A DNA stretch of 51,784 bases, filler included, from Streblomastix strix (lineage: Eukaryota): assembly GCA_008636045.1 (NCBI GenBank). It is 2 parts of 2 records of this genome, joined end to end, with 100 filler letters (N's around TTAATTAATTAA, not from the genome) between each part and the next. Parts side by side here need not be neighbours in the genome. Positions count along the whole stretch, not along the records: positions 25,950 to 51,784 come from SNRW01000190.1; 1 more part is not named here. The stretch is one strand, 5' to 3'. Each line of letters starts with the position of its first letter. The first letter of the stretch is position 1. The notes under the pieces were generated by a model that saw only the letters and a program-made list of their open reading frames with translations, was not told the origin of the DNA and did not search any database. The position numbers and the translations under genes are program-made. Shown here piece after piece: positions 37,835 to 51,472 of this stretch.

Positions 37835-40151
37835 TAGGGTTGTAGCCCATGCACGACCAGTAATGCTGCTGCCCGCCCAAAAAATCAAAGCTTCAATGAA
37901 ATTTTTCAAATAAAAAAAATTTTTTTTTCTTCAAATTTTTTTTATAAAGAAGTTGTTTATTGTGTTAAAAATAGTTTATTTAATTATGATATTGTATTTA
38001 ATGTTAAAAAAATATAATTTGAGCCATTTTGATTCTTGCTACAAAAAAAATAAGGTTTTAGCTTTATGCAAATTTTTTTGCTGAGCTAATGTATTTTCTC
38101 AAAAGCTAAAGATCAAAATTATAGTATTAAATATAAAATAATTACTTCAACAAAATATCTTGAAGTTTATCTTAGTGATTATTCTGATTATAATCTTGCT
38201 ATTTCATGGTTTTAATTTTACGAAAATTCCAGGCTTCAAAATTCGCCCAGATCGGCCGCCCGCCCAATTTGCCCTGGGCGAATTGCGAATTATAAACGAA
38301 TGATTTCCGATTTTAATCTATTCAATATTTGTTGCTATTTAAAACCTTGACATTTTTAGAATTTTTTATTTAATTGAAGCTACAGATACAAAGTAATGTT
38401 TGAAAAAATAATTTGCAGGATAATTCTATGTTATATCTGCATAATTTCTTTAAATTTTCTTAGTAAATTTATTATTATTATCTATGAATGATTTAATTAG
38501 TTTTATATAAATTTTAATATCAGTTTCGTAAATATTAAATTCTAACTTAAATTTCAAATTTTTCAAGCTAATATTAAATATATATATATATATATATTGT
38601 ATAAAAATCATTAAAGCAAAATAATAAATATGGAAATTATTATAATTTTAAAAAATTAATTATAATTTAATAAATATACGCTTTAAGATAAATTTCAAAT
38701 TTATATTTAAATATTTACTATGAATAACTTCTGAACTAACCTTACAAATTTAAAAATTTATAAAAATTATAAATAATTTATTTATTTTATTATTCTTCAG
38801 AAATAATTATGATCATGGAGATATATTTGATGCAAAAACAGTATTTTTCAACTTTAAGTAAGATTTTAAATTAAAATTGTTAATAAAATTCTTTAAGATC
38901 GTAATATTAATTAATTAATTAATTAATTAATTATTATTTTTTCAATAATAAATAGTTTTCTATGAAAATTCAAAAATTGTAAAGTAAACATAATAAGGAC
39001 AATAAAATAATTGATCTAACTAAAATGCAATATTGAGAATATTTAAAAAAAAATTCACGGTGGATTAAATGTGCATTATTCATTAAAATATTTTAGTGGG
39101 GTAAAAGGAATATATTAATTAACAACAGGAGGTAGAATATAAGATGGAACAATAATAAATTCATCAGTAAAATCATTAGTAAATTAATATTAATAATAAA
39201 ACATAATTCTATTATTTGAGATTAATAAACCTTAATTTATATCAATTCATTCATTAACATCAATGTATCGTTTATTTCAGTTACATTTTCTTTATCATCA
39301 GTTTAGTTATTTGTTTCATTAGCTGTATTTGCTTTAACACCGAGATTAATTCCATCACTTTTTATAAAATCAAAAAAAAGAAATATGAAATATGAAAAAA
39401 ATAATAAATTCAAAAATGATAAATACAGATGGAATTCAGAAGGTGAAGATATACCTTATTAAACAGAATAATAAAAATTAACAACTACATCAGCATAATC
39501 TTTGCATCCACCATCATAATCTTTATAGAAAACATTACTATCTAAATTATTATTTTCCACTTTATCGTTCATAATTAATTAATTATGATTCATCATTTTA
39601 TTATTCACCTTAAATATCATCGACTGCTGCAGCAAAGACAACAAATGTATTTTTTCATGAATCAAGAAGTTCAATTTCAATAAAAATTAGTGAAATTTAT
39701 ATAATTTTCTTATTCCATCCATGTGTATCATTTTACCTAGACATTTAAAAAAATTTCATGTTAGTTTAGCTCATTCATCATTCACATATCTATATTATCC
39801 ATTTAATGTTAGATTAGATTGATTACTAGGTGAATATATAATTATATTTGTATAATGAGTGAAAACAAGACTTAATTTAAACCAAGAAGATAGAGAAAAA
39901 GGATTTGATAAACATATATAATAAAATTTGCATTAAAAACAAAGAATATTACAAAATTTAAATTAATTCAATACGAATTAATTATTACTTATATTTTTAA
40001 AAAAACATCCGACTGAAAAAAAAATATAAAATGATTAATTTTTTAAATATATTTTTTACTGACTATTTCCATTTTTTATTAAATAAAATTCGCCCAAAAT
40101 AATTTAATCGCCCGCCTAGCTGAATCACTCTGGGCAAGTTTGACTATCCTA
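37835..40151. mobile_element. 2.3-kb non-autonomous DNA transposon-like insertion with a 10-bp target-site duplication
   Basis: ATGCAAATAT at 37825-37834 and 40152-40161; ends TAGGGTTG... and ...CTATCCTA form an imperfect inverted pair; subterminal GCCCGCC/CGCCCA motifs at both ends. Confidence 0.75.
39056..39850 (-). pseudogene. Decayed intron-containing gene fragment carried inside the insertion
   Basis: Coding-like stretches (DGGCKDYADVVVNFYYS..., EFIIVPSYILPPVVNQYIPFTP...) with a probable intron at ~39358-39427. Confidence 0.35.
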
Positions 40152-40307
40152 ATGCAAATATTTTGAATCTTTATATACTATTATTACTATTATTAATATT
40201 ACCAACATCAATGATATAAAGATAACGAAATATGATAATTTACGATCGGCATTATAAATCGCTACCATTCATATATATATGTTGCGTAACATGCATGAAG
40301 TATCATA

Positions 40308-42557
40308 ATGACGTAAGATAGAAACTTATTTGCCTTCTCCTTCATTTATCCAATTCTGAATAATTCAAGTTCAATTCTGAATAATTATAGTCCATTTCAG
40401 AAAAATTTTACTGTAAAAAACTACTAAAATAAATATTTTATTAAGAAAATTGTGAAATATAAAAGAATTTAAGTTGGAAAACAACAATTTTAAATAAATA
40501 AATTTGTAATAAAATAATAATAAAATCAAAAATAATGATGATTGAATGATAAATTGTTAAAAGTTCACAATTTACTATTTTGAAAGAGGTATATCTTATA
40601 TAATGATGTTTAAATAAATAAATAGCTGTACCTGAATTTTATAAATATTAAAACATTAAATAGGAATACATTTTAAAGGGGAATTTTAAGGAAAAATAAT
40701 TTGCAATAAAAATTATAAATTTTCATTCTGCTAATAACTAAAATAATCTATTGATCAAAATACTCATATTTCTTCTTCATAATTGTCCTAATCTTTGAAA
40801 TTAGATTAAATCACACAAACTTCATCTTTATTTGAAACGAAAAATTAAACATAATAATTATAGTAATCTTCTTCTTCATCATCATCATCTTTATCATTAT
40901 TTAAAATTAAAATCATATCACAATCATAAATTAAATTATCTCCGTAGATTAGAAATAATAAATTTCTTTAATAGATTAATATATTGAATTAATTAACTTC
41001 TTCAAATAATTCATATTCTTCCAAAACATTCAAACTAAATAATCTTTAACTTAGATATAGAATGAATATATAATATAAAAACATGAAATCAAAGATAAAA
41101 CCAATATAAAGAATAAATAATCAATATTCGGAGTTCCAATTCACACTAATGAATTACTTTCTAAAGAATAAATTGGAATAATTAATATAAAAAAAGAAAA
41201 TAATTAATGTAAATAGAATGACATTAAAGATTTACAATAAAATCTTCAGACTAAACTAGATTTAAGTATCAATTAATTTAATTAGAAATTGAATGATGAT
41301 GTTGTAACATATCAATTCAAAGAAATTAGAATAAATATTTAAGAGAAAAATAATTAAAAATAAGGAAGAAATAAAGATAATGATAAGAAAAGCACAGTTA
41401 ATATAAATAAGATTAAGAAAGATAAAGCAGAAAAAAGAAGTAAAACAAGAAAAATCATCTGTAACGAATAAATTAATAGTAATATTGATTAAGATAATGA
41501 AAATGATAATAGATAAATCAATTAATTTAAACAAACCAATTTGAGAAGGAGTATGAATAAAAGAGCTTAAGATGATGATTCCGAAAGTTCAAATGATTAT
41601 CTTGAATTTCAATCTTAGTCAGCTTATTCAAATGATAAATTAATAAACAAAAATAAAATTGAATGTGAATTAGATAAAGTTGGAATAATAAATGAATAAA
41701 ATAAAATAAATTTATAATATTTAAATTTATTGTCATGAAATGTTAATTTCAATTCACATAATTAAAAAATGAAAAATATTGTAAATTAATAAGAGATGGA
41801 AACTTCATTATCGATAAACTGTGAATCAGATGAATAGATATATAAAAATTTAAATGAAAAATTAAGTACGATATATAGTGAAAGCAATAGTATGTTTTCA
41901 CATGAATTTTAAAATATAAATATCTCAAGAATGTCTGATTATAACGAGGAAGATAATAAAACTCTGTGAGGGTATTTAATTAGAATTGATCGATTTATAG
42001 TTTCAAGTTCATAAATAGAGAGTGAATTATCTAAATTTGTCTTATAATTTTATATTTGTTTAATTTTATTTAATGACTGAATGAGTAAGAATCTTTTAGT
42101 TATAAATCACTTTTGATCTAATATTCAAACATCATTTTACTAGTTCAAAAGCTTTAATATAATTTTCTTGATAATAATCCAAACAAATATGCATTAATTT
42201 ATAATTTTTTTCCTTTAAATTTAAATAATACAGAGTGATTTATCTGATAATTTTAATATTTGTGTTATTTGATATGAAAAGTTTTAGAACAATTAAAATG
42301 CAAGCTTTACTGAAGATGACAAACTAAATTTTAAATAAAAACTGATAATCAATTCACGAATAAGCAAGTTGAAATAACAATAAATGTTAAAACAAAATAT
42401 ATAAGTGAAAAGGAATGTTTGCATATTCAAAAAAGTTAATCATTATTTATTGAATGAACATTATGAAAGACTTTCTTAAATGGACATTATCAAAGATAAT
42501 CACGAATAAAGAAGAGTTGCTTTTAAAGCATCACAAAATCGAACTAGATTTTAATGA
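40308..42557 (+). pseudogene. Low-complexity N/Q/K/S-rich host gene or pseudogene with in-frame TGAs
   Basis: Long coding-like frames; TGAs at 41736, 41967 and 42270 in one frame; the 5' structure is uncertain. Confidence 0.4.
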
Positions 42558-42659
42558 TGAAAAGTAAATTAATCACAAAAAATAATTCTTTTAACATGTT
42601 ATTTGCATCATATTCAATAAGATCCCGAAAAATATTATCTTATCATTAACTTCTTATCT

Positions 42660-43219
42660 TCACTTGTGCCCACTTTTCTTAGGAGCTGGTGCTGCCTTTC
42701 CAGAACCTTTTGGTGCTGGTGCCGCTGCCTTTCCTGAGCTTTTTGGCGCTGTGGGAGCATCGTAGAGTATTTCAAACTCCCCGTCTCCAACATGCTCTCC
42801 TTTGGCCGACGAGAATGGGAGTACTTTCTTTTACTTCTTGTTCAAATATTCCTCAAACTGAATAAATTGAAATTAAACGGAAATGGAAAAAAGAATATTG
42901 GCAAACTGCTAATTAGATAGTTCCAATTAGGGTATCTTTGCGCAGGGTATCGTCATCATACAACTCCAAGGTAAGAACACGAGTGTTGCTCGAAGGTTCA
43001 TATTGAAATATGAATTCTTTAAAAAAAATAAAAAATAATAAAAAAGGATAGTATACATTCGTTGTACGTTGGGTTGAGGTTATTCTTTTAATGTTTTGTT
43101 TCCTTCGAGGTTTTCCCCAATGTAAGTTTGACGTATGGATCCGCTTTTCCTGTAGCATCAGTATTTTTGACGTTCGAACACTTTATAACGGTTATGTACA
43201 CTTGTCCTGCGTATGACAT
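42660..43219 (-). CDS. Single C2-domain protein with a K/A/P-rich tail; two introns
   Basis: VYITVIKCSNVKNTDATGKADPYVKL...KNNLNPTYNEQF...LELYDDDTLRKDTLIG; introns at ~43018-43056 and ~42859-42907. Confidence 0.9.
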
Positions 43220-43759
43220 TCGTACTAATAATAATATACCATAATAAAATAATAAATTTACAAAATTATTCGTGATTTAACTTATATAGTACAGTTTTAA
43301 GGTAGATTTCAATCAGCCCCTAAAAACTCAAAAAACGGTTTTATTTTAATATTAAGATTTAGCACACCTCGTATTACATTTTTTAATTTGTTAATAAGTT
43401 TTTGCTCTATTACATATTTCTTGTTAAATATTGAAATTTCCGAAGCTCCGGATAAAAGAGGTATCATCAATACACATTTTTTTTATTTTATTAAATAAAT
43501 AAGTTTCTGCAATTTATAATAAATATTCATAATCGCTCATATAAATATAATCTATGTATTAATAATGATAATCTTTCAATGAATACAAAGAAAAATATCC
43601 TAATAATTGATAAGAATTTTAATTTCACAAAATTAAATTTGTCTATCTATTCTGCATAGACATTCAATTTATTAAATCTGTTCTTTTTTATGCCTATACA
43701 TTTACCACCTTAATTATTTACTTTCTATTTATTATTATTATTATTTGATAGACTTAAAG

Positions 43760-45216
43760 ATGGAAGATGAAGGAAGTTTGAAATTTTATATTTTTCTTAT
43801 CCAATTTTAATGAACGATTTATGTTTTACTATTTAAATAGAGGGCATTTTTGTAGGTGATCTTGATGGAGAAGTGACAGAAGATGAACTTACAAAAGTGT
43901 TTTCTTAGTTTGGAACTGTTTAAATGACCATAATAAAAAAAGATAAATAAACATCCAAAAATCTTGGCTATGGATTTGTATACTTTGATAAAGCAGAAGC
44001 AGTGCAACATGTGTTACAACTGAACTCTAAACTTGTATTATATAAATATAATAAATTTTTAATCTACATAAAAAAAATTAGTTTTATTTTAATAATCATA
44101 AATTTTAATATAATTATTTTTTTCAAGTGGATCCATTCTCGGCCAATGAAGATTGGACCAGCAGAACGTAATTCAAACATTTTTGTATCTGATCTTCCTG
44201 AAGATACATCTGAAGAAGAAATTTGAAACATATTCACGTGTGTTCTAATTTATTTTCTTTTTTCCATTTACTAATATTCTTAATTAAAATAATATTTTAA
44301 TTCCATATTTAAAAATTTATATTCCAGCCAATTTGGCACTGTCACACAAATAGAATATCTCCCACAGAACAGACAATCATTCATCAAATACCTAAAAAGA
44401 AGTGAAGCACAAGAAGCGAGAAAGAAAATGAGTTTTGAAACAATTCGTGGATGTCAGTTGAAGATCGGCTGGGCAGATTCTGCTTCGCTATAAACAAGTG
44501 TTTTGCTCAGATTCAATAGATAATAGGCTGATCAGATGGCAGTTGATGATAAAAATGCTTTAAAAAACGAAAATAATAATGAATCTTAGCCAATACATGA
44601 ATTATTCAATGAAAATAACGTTAAATGGCAACTTTAAAAATATGGAGAAATAATAAGAATTGATTTGCCTAAACAAGATGGTGGAAATTATCGTGGAATA
44701 GGATTTGTTCACTTTAATGCAAATGCGAGTGGTGAAAGAGTATGAAATAAATAAATAAATTAAATGAATATAAATTAAAACATATTAAAAAAATTTATTC
44801 TGCTTAATTAAACATATTTTTTATTAATTACTTAATTATTTATTTGCATATTATTTACATATTATTTTATCATACATTCAGTCAGCATAACAACTTATTC
44901 AACTTGGATGTCTAACGATCTGTGGAGTTGAAGTTTCTTTCTCTCTTCACATTCGACTAAATCAACAAAAACAATTATAGCTAAAGAAATACTAACAAAT
45001 TACTAATAATATTCAACTACCACCATCAAAATAGTATTAATAAAATTAATAATAATAACATAATTAAAATTAGCAATATTCAGGAAAATGGAGTTATTAA
45101 TCAAAAAAATCATCATAAAGTCAAAATTAATAACAAAATAATCAATTATCTTATTCTTCAATTTCTCCCAATAATAAAATTTCTGAAATTAAAACCAATG
45201 GCTATTTGTAATCTTC

Positions 45217-45296
<80 letters not shown>

Positions 45297-48200
45297 CAGA
45301 ACCTTCAGAACATTCATTTTCTTCATAATCAAATTAAATCAATTCTTAATCATAATAAATAAATTAAAATAGTTAATATTAATAAAATTAATACTCTTAT
45401 TTATCATTTTTAGGTACAAAAGAATAATAATATCCATATTTGCAATATTAATAAACAAATTCTTAATCTTAATTTAATTAAAACAGAAATTAGTTTGATC
45501 CAAATAGAAATTAATTTGATTAGTTACACTAACAGCAACATTAATATCTGCAACATCAACAACCCTAATATTATTAATAATAATCTTATTAACATTAATA
45601 ACATTACAATTAAATGCCAATAAATAATCCACCATAAAACTAGTAGATTCTACAGTCATAATATTTGAATTAATAGTTATTTACTGATTATTATTCTCCA
45701 AATCTGAAAAACTAATAAGAACTATCATATAATTAATAATTCATTCAAAAAGCAATATAACCATAAATAACTTCATCATGTATTACTAACAATACACCAA
45801 TTCATTAATAACCTTAATTTTTATAATTTGATAATTCATAACTCCATATATAATAACATAGACATCAATATCAGGTTAATAATCAACAATAATTAACAAA
45901 TTCTTCTTAATCCTATTCTTACCCATTCTCTACTTCTATTTCGTTGTAACAACCATCTTTAATATCATCATCATAAATTATTACTAATTCAAATTATGAT
46001 CCAAATTAATATTAACAAAAGTAATAATATTATAATACATTATAATTATCTGATTCTCATTCAAATTCAAATTATATTTCTTCTTAACAATTGGTTTAAA
46101 AAGCATAATAATAAATGTAATAATTGATATAATAAAATCAATTACTATTTTAAGTTGCATAATCTCCTTAAATTGAATTTCAAAATCCTTTAAATTAAAC
46201 ATCATTATCGTCTTCTCAATAATAAACTCAAATTAATCAACAATATCAATTTCAAGATAAATAACAATAATAAATTCAAAATCAGTAACAATAATTATTA
46301 TTACAATAGAAATTACAAACATAATCAAATCTTTTTATTCAAACTCCGAATCAAGAATTATATCCAATCCATGCTATTCTAAATAGTGAAAGAAAACCAA
46401 TAATAATATAAAATGGTGAAAGAAATTATAAATGTTTAAGCGATGATAAATTAAACCAGAATCAAGTACAATAAAATGAATTAATTAATGAGACATTATA
46501 AAATAATGGGATTGAAATTATATAAAAAAATGAAAATAAATAATTAAACAGTAATAATGATAAAATAGAAGAATAAGATCTTAACTCAAATTTATCTCAA
46601 AAAAATTCATAACAATTTCAAACATTTTAAATGTTTTTACAATAAAATTAAAAACAAATACAATAGGAATTATCTGAAAGAAACTAGCTTACTAAATAAT
46701 AATATCTTCAATAATAGCAAACTTCAACTTCACTCAACTTTTCTCCCATTTTTTACTCTCAATTTTCAACTGATTCTTCCTCTTCTAATTAATTATAACA
46801 GCAATGGTAATAATTTAATTAGTAATAACTATTATTAAATGAAACAAAATCAGATCAATCAATTCAGCTTTCTGATTCTTTTTCTTAATCAAAATCCGAT
46901 TCTCATTCTAATTTTCAGCCTTACTTAAATCTAGCTCCTGATAACAAGTATAATTCTCAATCTATAAATTTTGAATCATAAAAATTCTCTCCAGTTGAAT
47001 CAATCTTAGATTCTGGTAATGCTTAATTCTCTGATTAATATAAATTAACATTGCCATAAATTTCATAATAAACACAAAATGAATAATTACAGACTATATA
47101 AATAAAATCATAATAATCCGAGCACGTTCATAAACATAAGCATGTTCATCAACATAAACATTCTCAAATTTCATAATAACAATAATAAATATAAAATATA
47201 AATAAGAATATTGATGATCAAATTCATTAACAGAAAATTGAAAAAATGATGTAAAAATAATAAATTGTTAGTGCAGATAGCAAAGTTGTTGCATTGAGAT
47301 ATAATGATGAAGATGAAAAGATGAAAAACAAACAAATTAAATTATAACTTAATAATAATAAAAGAAATAAAATTGGAATCAAAAAAGGAAAAATAAATAA
47401 AATATAGAAATATTCATACAATGATAAATTCAAATATTCCTAAAATACTTCAATTTCATCCTTGAATTAGAACAAAATACATTAATTATAAAATTTGTAA
47501 ACAAAAATTAATTAAAGATCATCAAAAATTAAAAAAACCCAACCAATTATATTTATTTAAATTTCAACTTCTCCATAAAAATTTTAATAATTGTTAGTTC
47601 CTCCTTCATCTTAATAATATTAATAAAAATAACATCATCTTAATAATAATGTTAATTATAAATAATAGAATTAGAATAAAATTAAAAGTCATTAACCAAA
47701 AACAAATTAGAAGAGAAAGATTTATAAATTGAATCGTTCAAATAATAAAGAACATTTTTAACCTTATTCATTTGATCAATCAATCATGAGTTAATAATCA
47801 ATTAAATCTACTCCATCATATGCATCATCATAATCTCAATCATCATCTTCATAAACTCATTCATTATCATCAACCATTTCTTAATAATAATCTTCTTATT
47901 AATCGTAGTAATATTTATCTTAATCTTCTTCATAGTTAATGTCATAGACCATATCCATTTCTTTCCAATCTCCTCCAGAATCAACTAAAGTCTCTATTTA
48001 GAACCAGTCAATATCTTCTTATTCATCTTAGAGTAAGCATTCTCATTCATCATCCAAATCTCCTGAACATTCAATATCTCCTTTTAATTCATCTTTAAAT
48101 CATTTGCACTCTTGTTCTCAACCAGTTTCATAACCAAACTAAAAAGATTATACATAACATGATGGAGTTAGCCATAATTCGAATTATGTTGATTAGAAAA

Positions 48201-48772
48201 AACATCATAAAAATAATTTGAATTCCACAAATGATAGAATTAAACAATTTAACAATATTACTTAATAATCATCTTCTCAGTAAAAATAATAAACACCGTC
48301 TATCACGCTTTATCCTTAATTAAATTAATAAAGGATTGACTCATAATAAAGAAATTAAAATAATAATTAGAACATAAATTCTAAAATATCTTAAACTTTT
48401 GCAAATGAAGATATATCTAAATTGTAAAATATTCCTACTGTCTCAGAAATTTCAACAATTTCAAATTTTCTTGGTGAATTTAAATCTAATTTATTTCCTT
48501 AGAAATTATATACATAACCTTCTAATCTTAATTAATCAGATATAAACAAAAACAAACTTTCTTGTAATGCTAATAGTTTATAATTATAAACAAATTAATA
48601 ATAAATATTAAATATTAAAAATGGATAAAACAAATCGAATTAAATTAATTAATTAAATTCAAAATCAATTAATGATAATGAAAATAATAATGTAAATGAT
48701 GATAAATAATCACTCACTCCTCCTTCTTCTCCAGATCTTGATTAATAGACTAACTTTTAGTAATAAAAGTGA
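43760..48772 (+). CDS. Triple-RRM RNA-binding protein with a ~1300-aa Q/N/S/H-rich low-complexity tail; one in-frame TGA in RRM2 (44224-44226)
   Basis: RNP2 IFVGDL and RNP1 LGYGFVYF; IFVSDL; RGIGFVHF. Introns at 43776-43840, 44035-44127, 44238-44327 and 44740-44881. The last exon was open wherever checked from 44882 to TGA 48770-48772. Confidence 0.85.
45218..45295 (+). repeat. (TAA)26 microsatellite encoding poly-Gln
   Basis: In frame with the last exon of the RRM gene. Confidence 0.9.
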
Positions 48773-49682
48773 ACATGAATTCTTTTGAATTATTCACAGC
48801 ACCAAATTCCTATTGAATTTATTGATAATTTAAATGTAAGTAATTAGGATAATAATGATATTAAAAATTAATTAATTAATTAATATTGATTTACAATAAT
48901 TTGACACATCATAACCGTTTTTCAATCCTCAAATAAGTCCAATTAATTCAATCGACAGACATTTCCAATTTATTTCTCATTCATATTCAAGTGCAAATTT
49001 GATTTTTTAGTCAAAATCATAAATTTATTGATGTTTTCAATATCTAATTCATTTTCTACTTCTTCTCTTCCATCTAAATATAAGGAATATTAGATTCATT
49101 CACTAATAATAACTCCAATTTTAATATTTTTTGTTATAACATAGAAATAATGAATTAATTTAAGTTTGAATGCTATATTTCTTGAGATATTTTTTGAGAT
49201 ATATGACTTCTCATAGATATTATTTACACTATGAATTTTTTAATATCTTAAACTTTTTAATTTGAGAAGATTTTACATTTATTTTATGATATTTAACCAA
49301 ATTTCTATTTTAAATTATTTTATCTATTAAGTTTTTCGTTATATATAATAAGTCCTCATTATTTTTATTAATTTAATTTAAAATATTTCTTGATAATTAA
49401 CAAATTTACTTTAAAAAAAGTCCATTATTATTATTTTTTGTGATATTTTATATAATATAACAAGTCTACCTTATTCACCAACATCTTTTGCAAAACCTTC
49501 CTACATTGATATTTTTTTATTTGAAATTTACCTAATAATTAATATATTTTAAAGTATTTGTTTCAAAAATAAGATATATTGACATATCACTGCAAAAATA
49601 AAAAAATTATGTCAGATGATTGTAAAACATATACAAATAACTACTTGAGACAAAGAAATTTTAAAAAAGAATAATTAAAATA

Positions 49683-49835
49683 TCAATCAAACATAATCTC
49701 ATTGAATAATTAAATATATTCAACATCTATCCTTTCAAAACATTTAATTATCCTCAAAAAAGTAGTCTCAGATTGATTAAGAACTGCAAGTGGTATGCCA
49801 AACTCATCAGAGAAGTAACTATTTGGATGAAAATC
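49683..49835 (-). pseudogene. Truncated PHO80-like cyclin copy (C-terminal part only)
   Basis: NSYFSDEFGIPLAVLNQSETTFLRII...LFNEIMFD-TGA matches 36962-37537; the upstream sequence is unrelated. Confidence 0.75.
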
Positions 49836-50378
49836 TGGGCATTCACCTTTTGGTCCGGTTAGGTATTTTGAGAAAAAGCGAAATATACTCTTAGAGGATT
49901 AAATATTTAAAATGAGTTAGAAATTATGAGGCCCCCCTCAAATTAAGTTATTTCAAGGTATTTGAATATTCAATAATCAATGGATCGGGAGAAAAATTTT
50001 GATGCTGTCTGACATATCTAATTGTTTAAATATGTTCTATTTTCTCGAAACTTACGTTATTGAATGAAATAAAATAAAATATATTTACTATTACATTTAA
50101 ATATTATCAGGAACAAAGTTGTAACAGAAAATTAGAAAAAAAAAGTTCGATTCTTTAAAGTATTAACAATTTATTAAATTCACGTTTATTTGATGTGAAT
50201 TGCAACAATAAATTCAAAAAAGTTTTTTAAATATAAATTATTCAGTATTTTAAAAAGATAATAAGTTCAAAATTATGATAGAGCAAATAATAAATACTAG
50301 AATTGAAGTGAATTAAATTTAAATTGTAAAATTAAATTAAATAAATCAAATATATTATATTCTTTCCCTTTTACTTAT

Positions 50379-51472
50379 TCATTTCCATTCCTTCCCCCAC
50401 TCAAAAGCTTTGGATCCTTCAAAGCCTTTGGCTGTTGATTAAATGAGTCTCTCGAACTTGGTTACTGTGAAGGAAGAAGATGGAAAGCGGGTGTAAACCT
50501 TAATGAATGAAATAGTGAATTTATGAATGAGTACTAAATAATAATTATTATAAATAATTTTATTTAAATTAAAAAGTAATTAAATTTCTAAATGCAAACG
50601 AACCCAGAATCTAATAGCTTCTGGGATTCCAATCACAAAGTTTGGCTATTCAATATCGTCCACGAAAAATGCAGCTCTTCGTGGAACAGTTGTCATATCG
50701 ACTTCAACAGCAACTCTTTATCCATCTGAATATTTCTGATTTCCTTTTGCTCCATCGGTTATGTGGTCAAGGTTTCCGCTGATAATATAATATAGGTAAA
50801 TGAGAATGAATTAATATAATATAAATTAAGGGATTATGATTAATAAATATTATGCAATTAATTAATAATATTATTTTTTGTAAATATTAATAATAATAAT
50901 AAATAAATAAATAATTCCAACTTGTCTCCCCAATATCTAACATTTATCTCTCGTTCTACACAAAGAGCATTGGATGAGAAGTTGAATATGAAATAATAAA
51001 TTGATTAGAAAGAAGAAAGATTTCCATAAATTTAATATAAATTAAAGAAAAATATGATTAACGGATATTAAATATCAGATATTTGATTTAAAACAAAAAT
51101 TTATTATATTCAGAAATTAAATAAATACTTCCATCTTCCCAAGGTCCTTTATGAGCAGCAAAAGAACAAGATGCATCAGCAATACCAACACCTGCAACAA
51201 ATATCAAAATATATATAGTAGATTGAAATAAAGAATAAAAATATTATAAAAATCAATAATTTTTCATATTCACATTGTTTAATTCATATTAACATACTTA
51301 AACTATATCCTCCATTATTCTCAAACATTACTTCAAATTTAATAATGCCATATCTAATAATTGGATCAATTGCAATTGTACAAAAATGAAACTGATCTTA
51401 GTGTTTAAATTTATTTCCATCAGATATTCCCTAACTTGCTTTCTTTATAATAAATATAGGTGATATTTCAAC
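50379..51472 (-). CDS. SPRY/B30.2-like domain gene, multi-exon, 5' end not located; possibly a pseudogene
   Basis: CTIAIDPIIRYGIIKFEV...VGIADAS...GQRVAVEVDMTTVPRRAAFFVDDIEQPNFVIGIPEAIRFW...WGKEWK-TGA, with GT-AG introns. Confidence 0.7.

Noticed and set aside
38575..38932. (TA)n and (TTAA)n runs as functional sites
   Set aside because: Ordinary microsatellites in very AT-rich DNA.
41262..47433. Hydrophobic minus-strand ORFs in the track (41262, 41527, 45474, 45984, 47227) as membrane proteins
   Set aside because: Antisense shadows of K/N/Q-rich plus-strand coding sequence.
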